Notes under the pieces: model-generated
The model's input: only the letters and a program-made list of their open reading frames with translations
Databases searched by the model: none
Told to the model about the DNA's origin: nothing
Assembly (NCBI GenBank): GCA_965218785.1
Contig: OZ244650.1
Span: 544,001 to 608,000, forward strand
Direction of reading: 5' to 3'
DNA from: Nitrosopumilus sp.
Lineage (GTDB): Archaea; Thermoproteota; Nitrososphaeria; Nitrososphaerales; Nitrosopumilaceae
DNA: 64,000 nucleotides
Shown here: in pieces, positions 57,411-64,000 of the stretch
Position numbering within the stretch: the first letter of the stretch is position 1
Layout: every line of letters starts with the position of its first letter
Position numbers and translations under genes: made by a program

Positions 57411-58181
57411 CTAGGCTGCCTGCTTTACGACCCAGTCATAACCGTCCTTTTCTAGTTTGTCTGCAAGTGACGCATCGCCTGTTTTCAAGACCCTGCCATT
57501 GGCAAACACATGCACAAAGTCTAGTTTGTCCAAGAATTTCAGGATTCTGGCATAGTGGGTAATTACAATAATTGTTGCGTCCTTGCCTGATACCTGACTG
57601 ATTGCTTTTGCCACTGACTGAACTGCATCAATATCTAATCCTGAATCGGGTTCATCTAAAATTGAAATTTTTGGTTTTAGTACTGCCATCTGTAAAACTT
57701 CGGCGCGTTTCTTTTCTCCGCCGGAAAATCCCTCATTAAGATATCTTGAAAGAAACTCCTCGCTTAATCCCACCTTTTTCAAATTTTCTTTTAAATATTT
57801 CTGAAATTCCCTTACCGTGATGAATACCTCTCTATCGTCGCCTTCAAGTGCCTTGCTCAACGAGTTGTAGGCAGTTCTAAGAAAGTGAGAAAATCCCACA
57901 CCTGAAACCTCGGTAGGATACTGAAATCCCAGGAATAATCCCTTCTTTGCCCTTTTATCTGCAGTCAAATCCAGAATACTCTCGCCATCCAACAAAATAT
58001 CCCCTGATGTAACTTCGTATTTTGGATGTGCAAGTAATGTGTATGCTAGCGTACTTTTTCCTGAGCCGTTAGGTCCCATAATGGCATGAACTTCGCCGGG
58101 TCCTGTTTTTAGATTGACTCCTTTGAGGATCTCCTTGCCTTCTCTTTTCACATGAAGATCCTTGATTTCTAATACGCCCAT
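57411..58181 (-). CDS. sufC: Fe-S assembly ATPase SufC
   Basis: GPNGSGKST, FQYP.E, NEGFSGGEKKR, LDEPDSGLDID. Confidence 0.96.
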   Translation of the reverse strand: MGVLEIKDLHVKREGKEILKGVNLKTGPGEVHAIMGPNGSGKSTLAYTLLAHPKYEVTSGDILLDGESILDLTADKRAKKGLFLGFQYPTEVSGVGFSHFLRTAYNSLSKALEGDDREVFITVREFQKYLKENLKKVGLSEEFLSRYLNEGFSGGEKKRAEVLQMAVLKPKISILDEPDSGLDIDAVQSVAKAISQVSGKDATIIVITHYARILKFLDKLDFVHVFANGRVLKTGDASLADKLEKDGYDWVVKQAA

Positions 58182-58278
58182 ATTGCAATTTATTCTGTTT
58201 AGCTATATAATGCCGACGAAATTTAGCTGATCCTAACGGATTTTTAGTAATAAAATGAAAAAAAGAAAAAAAGGGGGT

Positions 58279-59235
58279 TTAATTTTTGGTCAGAGATGGC
58301 CTCAAAGTAATTTTGAGTTTGTAGCATGTTAGAATCTCTTTACATCTGTTTCTGATAGTGACTTCGGTGACTCCTGCAGTGTTTGAAACGTCTCTTTGCA
58401 GTACGTTTTGTCCAAGCAGGACTGATGCAACATACAGGTATGCTGCAGCAATTCCATTTGGAGCCTTTCCATCTGCAATATTGCTGTTTTTTGTTTTTTC
58501 TGCAATTTCCAAGGCCAGCCTCTCGACTCTGACCTCAGTCTGTGTGGTGTTTGCTATCTTTGAGATGTATTTGTCCATGGTTACAACTGGCACTTCTAGC
58601 TGTCCCATCTCCATTCTCATAGTTCTAAAGTATCTTGCCGCAAGTTTTGTCTTTGATTTGACATCTTTTGCTGGACATATTCCCCGACAAATCTCTTCTA
58701 GTGATCTTACTACGTCGCATTGTTTGCATGCCATGTAAATTGTAGCAGCTGTCATGCTGACTACAGATTTTCCCTTTACAGTAACATGTCCATCCAAGCT
58801 TCTGTATATCATAGAAGAGGTTTCCAAAACATTCTTTGAGAGACCCAGATTGTCGCATGCTTCGCCCATTTTTGCTAAAACATTTGCCAGTCTTCTCTCC
58901 CTTGGTGAGGAAACCCGTATTCTTTGTTGCCATTTTCTGAGATTGTGCATCTGATTTGCGACTTCGCGGTTGATTGTTTTTCCACTAAAGTCCCTTGTAC
59001 TAATTGAAATCTCAGTTGTTATTCCCAAGTCATGCTGGGAATAGGTCGTTTGTCCGGTCGCTCTTGCCAACCTCATCTTGTCTTCAAGATTTGAACTAAT
59101 TGTTTCTGGACCAAGATCTGCAATCTGATCATCGACTACAACGCCGCAACCAGAGCAGATTATTTCACCGTTCTGCATGTCATCAACCAAAGTTGATTTA
59201 CATTCAGGACAGTTTTGTTTTTCTAGTGTGTTCAA
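58279..59235 (-). CDS. tfb: Transcription initiation factor IIB
   Basis: CPEC...CSGCG zinc ribbon, LRKWQ, two cyclin repeats, GVTEVTIRNR. Confidence 0.95.
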   Translation of the reverse strand: MNTLEKQNCPECKSTLVDDMQNGEIICSGCGVVVDDQIADLGPETISSNLEDKMRLARATGQTTYSQHDLGITTEISISTRDFSGKTINREVANQMHNLRKWQQRIRVSSPRERRLANVLAKMGEACDNLGLSKNVLETSSMIYRSLDGHVTVKGKSVVSMTAATIYMACKQCDVVRSLEEICRGICPAKDVKSKTKLAARYFRTMRMEMGQLEVPVVTMDKYISKIANTTQTEVRVERLALEIAEKTKNSNIADGKAPNGIAAAYLYVASVLLGQNVLQRDVSNTAGVTEVTIRNRCKEILTCYKLKITLRPSLTKN

Positions 59236-59501
59236 TTTTTTCGTCTCCTAAATTTTTTGTATGTATTGACAGAAGATTGTTCGGATGCGAAAACACGCTT
59301 GCCGATGTATTTCTTGATGTTGTTTGTCAACGGGGTTGCCGATGCAAACGGTCTTTTTACTGGACCTATTAGTTCCATTACTTTTGCAACTCTAGTTCCC
59401 TTTTCATCGCAGAGTATCTGTCCCTCATCTAGTTTGTTGGATAGCTGGACGATGACTCTGCCACTACCGGCTAGGTGCATTATTTCGCCTACCTCCTGCA
59501 A
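59232..59501 (-). CDS. gar1: H/ACA RNP protein Gar1
   Basis: VGEIMH...KVMELIGPVKRPF. Confidence 0.85.
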   Translation of the reverse strand: MQEVGEIMHLAGSGRVIVQLSNKLDEGQILCDEKGTRVAKVMELIGPVKRPFASATPLTNNIKKYIGKRVFASEQSSVNTYKKFRRRKN

Positions 59502-59572
59502 TTAATGTACTAATAATGATATTCCTATCATAGACTTCTGTCAATTTTACTTTAGCTAAGAGCTATTTGATT

Positions 59573-59872
59573 TTATTTTGACTGCTTGCCTCTTTTTACA
59601 ACCAGTTTTTCTGAAATTTTGTCAAGAATTTTTGTCTTGGAGGATCCTTTTGGTAAAACGACGTATCCTGATCTGACATATGGCTTTTTGGGATATCTTG
59701 CAGTCTCATTTGATTCTGTAATCTCCAATCCTGCGGCTTTTACTGCATCCTTTAGTTCTTTTAATGAGGGATCAAAAACACATTTTTCCATTCCCTGTCT
59801 TCTTCCCTTGGATTTTTTCAGGTTCTTGTTGAAATAATCCAGCCAGATTACAATGTGTTCATAGTCCTTCAT
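59573..59872 (-). CDS. srp19: Signal recognition particle protein SRP19
   Basis: IW..YF...LK.SKGRR, P...EL, YP. Confidence 0.9.
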   Translation of the reverse strand: MKDYEHIVIWLDYFNKNLKKSKGRRQGMEKCVFDPSLKELKDAVKAAGLEITESNETARYPKKPYVRSGYVVLPKGSSKTKILDKISEKLVVKRGKQSK

Positions 59873-60009
59873 TTAATCACGCCATTTTTTGCCAGATATC
59901 TTCCAGTTGATCTGTCATTGTTCCTCAGGGATTCAAAAGCCAATATGAAGTAATTGAAGCTTTTGATCCCAAGGATGACGTATTCCCGGCAATCATCCCC
60001 GAGTCTCAT
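59869..60009 (-). other. 46-codon ORF or gene remnant overlapping the srp19 start (ATGA), containing a long hairpin at 59914-59979
   Basis: MRLGDDCREYVILGIKSFNYFILAFESLRNNDRSTGRYLAKNGVIK*; no recognised motif. Confidence 0.3.
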
Positions 60010-60065
60010 CAAATTAAAAACTAAATCAGTAATTTAAAAGCAGGATGCATCTACTTGTGATTCAT

Positions 60066-60449
60066 TTATTCCTTTAGTAAAACCGCGTTGGCTATTCCTG
60101 TTTGTCCTGGTTTGGAAACTATTCTGCACTTGCCTTCCTCTGTTTCTAGTATCGCGCCTTTTGTAATTATGCCTCGTCTTTTGTAATCGTTGTTTGTTGC
60201 ATTCTCCAAAACCTTTAGAATTTTTGTCTTTTTAACTTTGGCATCCCCTGTTGCTAGATTGACAAAATCAATTGTCTTCAATGCCGTCTTTCTATTGTCG
60301 CCGCGAACTCTTCTTGTAATGGTTACCTGAGCTCCGTTTATGGGCTCATTTGGATACCTGTCCAACTCATATTTTCGTCTGGTTCTAAGCGGATGTCTTC
60401 TGCCTCCGGTCGTTTTACTAGTTGCCAGATTCTCTACGGACTTTCTCAC
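60066..60449 (-). CDS. rps8e: 30S ribosomal protein S8e
   Basis: KTTGGR, RVRGDN.K, ITKGAI, SKPGQTG. Confidence 0.95.
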   Translation of the reverse strand: MRKSVENLATSKTTGGRRHPLRTRRKYELDRYPNEPINGAQVTITRRVRGDNRKTALKTIDFVNLATGDAKVKKTKILKVLENATNNDYKRRGIITKGAILETEEGKCRIVSKPGQTGIANAVLLKE

Positions 60450-60520
60450 AAAACCTTGTCTGAATCACTCTAATTTATACAAAACGCAAAAAATCCGCCC
60501 TGGGCTAGGTATCTGCTTGA

Positions 60521-61090
60521 CTATGTTGTAATTTGAGGAGTGGGGGCCGTATGGCTCATGCTGGCAGTCTTTCTTACTTTGGAGAATAATCTTTGTTTTA
60601 GATCTTCGACATCCCCCTTGATTCCGAAATATTTTTGGAATTTTTCAGTCGTTGCGTAAATTTTTAATCTGCCGACATTTTGATGACTGATGTAATCTAA
60701 CTGTCTGAGTTCTTTTAGGTGTGCATAAACTCCTGTACCCCTTGTCTCTACAAGCTGCTTTGATGAGATCGGCTGCATATATGCAATGTAGGATAGGGTC
60801 TTGAGTGTCGCATTTGGAAGAACTGGTTTTGAGGCATATCTTTTCACCGTGGCACTATACTCTGGTTTTAACTGAAATACGTATGAACCATCTGGAAGTA
60901 TGACTACTTCTATTGCCTTGAATGCCGACTTTGTCTTTTTCATGATATTGCCGAGTAATTCCAACGTCTTTGTTCTGGATTCTGTGCCTGATGCCCTGAT
61001 TATCTCTTCTATCCTGAGTGGTCTTCCTGCAGAGTATAATGCCGCCTCAACCCTTGCAGTTGCCTCACCCATGTTCTCAATTTTAGCCAA
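60521..61090 (-). CDS. scpB: Segregation and condensation protein B
   Basis: VEAALYSAG.P, TLSYIAYMQPI, RG, YATTEKF..YFG. Confidence 0.92.
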   Translation of the reverse strand: MAKIENMGEATARVEAALYSAGRPLRIEEIIRASGTESRTKTLELLGNIMKKTKSAFKAIEVVILPDGSYVFQLKPEYSATVKRYASKPVLPNATLKTLSYIAYMQPISSKQLVETRGTGVYAHLKELRQLDYISHQNVGRLKIYATTEKFQKYFGIKGDVEDLKQRLFSKVRKTASMSHTAPTPQITT

Positions 61091-61142
61091 TTACTATCAC
61101 TTGTCTGAAATCTAGTTAAAGAAACCCTTTCTTCATTTTTGA

Positions 61143-61829
61143 TCAGTTTGTTAACTCTTCTTTAATTGATATGATCCTGATGTCGTCTTCTACCTGCTCT
61201 AGATCCACCTTCTGGTCTCTGGCCAAAAACAGCACGGCAAAGAAGCATCTTATCGAATCAATCCCGTCAAGTTCTGCAATAATATCGCGTAGTAATCCAA
61301 ATCCTGTCGGTGAGATTTTCTTCATTATCAGATCCTCGTATTTTCCAATAATGCTTTCAAGTGAAATAAAGTATTCCTGAAAATCAGGTGCGTCAATTGG
61401 CTCTATTTCCAGCGGTTTGTTTCTTCTTGACTGGGGATTTGCAATCGTTCCTATGAGCTTTTGGAGCAGTCCTAGCAGGTCATCTAATGATACCGGATAT
61501 GTTGATTCATGTCTAAATGGTATATCGATTAGTTCAATGTCCACGTCTGTTCTCTGATGTATTGGTTTTTTTGCCATAGCCGCCTTTTGTAGTGCAAAAA
61601 TACTATCGACTTTCATTCTATAGATTAATGAGGATGACAGTGCTGCCATTCCTGCTACTTTGAGATCCTTTTTACCTGATTTTTCTAGAATTTTTACCAG
61701 CAGATCCAAAATCTGGATCAAGTCAATCTCCCAGATATCTTTTTTGGCAACAGATGAGGGACTAAATAGAACATTTATCGGTTCCTGAGAAATACTTTGG
61801 GAAGTTTCTGATTTACTCACACTGTACAT
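61143..61829 (-). CDS. scpA: Segregation and condensation protein A (kleisin)
   Basis: DIWEIDL N-terminal motif, FFAVLFLA...VDLEQ C-terminal motif; adjacent to scpB; start uncertain. Confidence 0.85.
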   Translation of the reverse strand: MYSVSKSETSQSISQEPINVLFSPSSVAKKDIWEIDLIQILDLLVKILEKSGKKDLKVAGMAALSSSLIYRMKVDSIFALQKAAMAKKPIHQRTDVDIELIDIPFRHESTYPVSLDDLLGLLQKLIGTIANPQSRRNKPLEIEPIDAPDFQEYFISLESIIGKYEDLIMKKISPTGFGLLRDIIAELDGIDSIRCFFAVLFLARDQKVDLEQVEDDIRIISIKEELTN

Positions 61830-61914
61830 TATGTCGTATTCAATAATATCTAAGGGCTCTATTTTTTTCCCATTTCCAGTCAACTCTTATATTGTTATGA
61901 CGAAAAACCAACCT

Positions 61915-62991
61915 ATGAAATCCGTCCAGATCCCAAATCCTAATGAGCCCCTTACGATATCCGAATCTGAGACTCCAATACCCCGAGGAAACCAGGTCCT
62001 AGTTAAAGTAAGATCTGTGGGTGTATGTCACAGTGATTTGCACTTGTGGGAGGGCGGATATGATCTTGGCGATGGTCAAATAATGAAAGTCACAGACCGG
62101 GGTGTAAAATACCCGGTAACTCCGGGACATGAAATTGTCGGAACCGTCGAGAAGATCGGCGATGGCGTTTCTGGAACATCGATAGGAGACGAGGTTTTGG
62201 TTTTTCCTTGGATTGGCTGTGGGGAGTGCCCTGCATGTATGGAAGGAGATGAGAACCTGTGTGATACTCCAAAATCAATGGGTGTTTTTCAAGACGGCGG
62301 CTATTCTGATTACACCCTAGTTCCCCATTTCAAATATCTGGCAAAACTTGACGGCGTTGATCCTGATGCTGCAACCTCGCTTGCCTGCTCTGGACTCACT
62401 GCATATAATGCAGTAAAGAAAGCAAACATGCATTCACCAGAATACCTGGTGATAGTGGGAGCCGGCGGTCTGGGATTGATGGCAATTCAGATTGCAAAGG
62501 CAATAACAAAGGCCAAAATCATATGCATTGACAATGATGATAAAAAATTTGACACTGCAAAAAAGATGGGCGCTGACTTTGTTGTAAACACCAGCGTCAC
62601 TGGTTCCATATCCACCGGAGTCGGAAGTCCTACAGATAAAATAATCTCCATCTGTAACGGCAAGGGCGCAGACAGCGTAATTGATTTTGTAAATGCGCCT
62701 CAAACCGTAAAGGTCGGTCTGGGGTCTTTACGTAAAAGGGGAAACCTGGTACTTGTTGGTCTTTTTGGCGGATCTCTGGAATTATCCCTTGTAACAATCC
62801 CACTCAAATCCATTACCATTCGTGGCGTATACACTGGAAATTACAGCGACATGGTCGAACTTCTTGATCTTGCAAGAAAGGGAATCATTAATCCGGTCAT
62901 TTCAAAAAAATACACACTTGATGAGGCAAGCAACGCCTTGGAGGATCTCAGGGCACGAAAAATTATCGGCCGTGCCGTGATCAATCCATGA
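61915..62991 (+). CDS. adh: Zn-dependent alcohol dehydrogenase (MDR family)
   Basis: GVCHSD, GHE, CGECPAC...NLC, GAGGLG; start at MKSVQ. Confidence 0.94.
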   Translation: MKSVQIPNPNEPLTISESETPIPRGNQVLVKVRSVGVCHSDLHLWEGGYDLGDGQIMKVTDRGVKYPVTPGHEIVGTVEKIGDGVSGTSIGDEVLVFPWIGCGECPACMEGDENLCDTPKSMGVFQDGGYSDYTLVPHFKYLAKLDGVDPDAATSLACSGLTAYNAVKKANMHSPEYLVIVGAGGLGLMAIQIAKAITKAKIICIDNDDKKFDTAKKMGADFVVNTSVTGSISTGVGSPTDKIISICNGKGADSVIDFVNAPQTVKVGLGSLRKRGNLVLVGLFGGSLELSLVTIPLKSITIRGVYTGNYSDMVELLDLARKGIINPVISKKYTLDEASNALEDLRARKIIGRAVINP

Positions 62992-63038
62992 TTTACCACG
63001 CCGGCTAAACTCTAATGCATTTTTGATTCATGTAGAAT

Positions 63039-63614
63039 CTAGTTTGTGATTTGATCATCTAAAATCCATCCCGATTTTAAAATTCCTTGATCTTCTTGTT
63101 CGCCAATTCCTGTTGCAAACCTCCAGATAAACGGCGCATCAGTGCTCATCTTCTCCTTGATTTTTAAAAGCGATTCCATTTCAGAATTTAGATTCTCATC
63201 TGCGGCTCCGTGTTCCTTGCAAAATTTACATTTTTCATCAAATGTAATCGGATCTATTTGGATTAATGGAAACGTCATACATGCAAGCGGTCTTTCACTG
63301 TAAATTTTACATGGAAATCCGCCATGTGGTGATTTGTTTCCGCTGTCAGTATCCAGGAAAGGACATGTATTCCCATTCTTCTCGATTCCCATCATCTGAT
63401 ATGCCAAAATTTTCGTCGGGATTGAATTCTTATCCTCGGAGATCCCGATTCTTGGCAGTATTTTGATCTTTATCCCATTGGTTTTTGCCAATTTCTCGAT
63501 TCTTTCTTTTTCTTCAGGAAGGATTAACACTCCTATTTTTCCAAATTTTTTACTGGGATAATACTCTCTTTCAATACAGCACTGTGCGCATTCTTTTATG
63601 CATCTAAATTCCAC
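63039..63614 (-). CDS. YkgJ-family Cys-cluster (CxxCxxCC-like) protein
   Basis: FRCIKECAQCC, CPFL, CKIYSERPLACMTFP. Confidence 0.88.
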   Translation of the reverse strand: MEFRCIKECAQCCIEREYYPSKKFGKIGVLILPEEKERIEKLAKTNGIKIKILPRIGISEDKNSIPTKILAYQMMGIEKNGNTCPFLDTDSGNKSPHGGFPCKIYSERPLACMTFPLIQIDPITFDEKCKFCKEHGAADENLNSEMESLLKIKEKMSTDAPFIWRFATGIGEQEDQGILKSGWILDDQITN

Positions 63615-63720
63615 AAACTGGTTTTAATCATAATGAATAAAATCTCTTGTGTTTGGTTTTATCTGGCATTTCCATCTCAAAAACCCTATCAGTTATATGC
63701 TCAGAATAGCAATGAAAATC

Positions 63721-64000
63721 ATGGGCAAACGCCAAGTAAAAAATGAAAGTGCTCTAAAAGAGATTCGTTTGCCTGAAGAAGGCGAACTGTTTGGCCGTGT
63801 TTTGAAGATGCTTGGGGGCGAAAATGTCATGATAAAATGTGCCGATAATATTACAAGACGGGGCAGAATCAGGGGAAAACTCAAGAGAAGAGTCTGGATT
63901 CGAGATAATGATATTGTAATCATTGCCCCCTGGGAATTTAAAAGCGATGAGCGTGGTGATATAATCTGGAGGTTTACACTGCCCCAGGTTACATGGTTAA
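63721..64000 (+). CDS. eif1a: Translation initiation factor aIF-1A (runs off the window end)
   Basis: MGKRQV...RLPEEGELFGRVLKMLGG...RIRGKLKRRVWIR..DIV..APW...RGDIIWR. Confidence 0.93.
   Translation, partial: MGKRQVKNESALKEIRLPEEGELFGRVLKMLGGENVMIKCADNITRRGRIRGKLKRRVWIRDNDIVIIAPWEFKSDERGDIIWRFTLPQVTWL

Noticed and set aside
812-63923. Numerous antisense/overlapping ORFs in the six-frame track (e.g. 8249-8842, 10029-10553, 24077-24634, 30415-30888, 63693-63923)
   Set aside because: Shadow frames of well-supported genes on the opposite strand or frame, with no recognisable motifs

Overview
Gene-dense archaeal chromosome segment, most consistent with an ammonia-oxidising Nitrosopumilaceae (Nitrososphaerota/Thaumarchaeota) genome. 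The taxon is inferred from archaeal information-processing genes, CFI-box-CTERM and IPxWIKNNAGWW surface-protein domains, and gene order. Contents: end of the exosome/rpl37ae/pcc1/prefoldin cluster; XPF, Nob1 and NAD kinase; a rhodanese-ferredoxin-GT2 cluster; three tRNAs (Gly-GCC, Glu-CTC, intron-containing Leu-CAA); several secreted/surface proteins; an ABC-2 exporter; pstSCAB-phoU; sbtAB; an arsR/pseudo-arsC/aquaporin locus; a ~22 kb interleaved tetrapyrrole (hemL,C,cobA,D,B,A,sirC,ahbAB,chdC-like) and SUF Fe-S supercluster; and tfb, gar1, srp19, rps8e, scpAB, adh and aIF-1A. No integrase, transposase, CRISPR or rRNA was seen. The most interesting signals lie below the 60-aa ORF cutoff. They are a 47-aa metallothionein-like protein (four CxC motifs), four further Cys/His-rich micro-proteins (two C2H2-type, one behind a perfect 11-bp operator-like palindrome), two candidate box C/D sRNAs, and a shared Pho-box-like motif before pstS and pstC. 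All assignments come from reading motifs by eye; no database searches were run.
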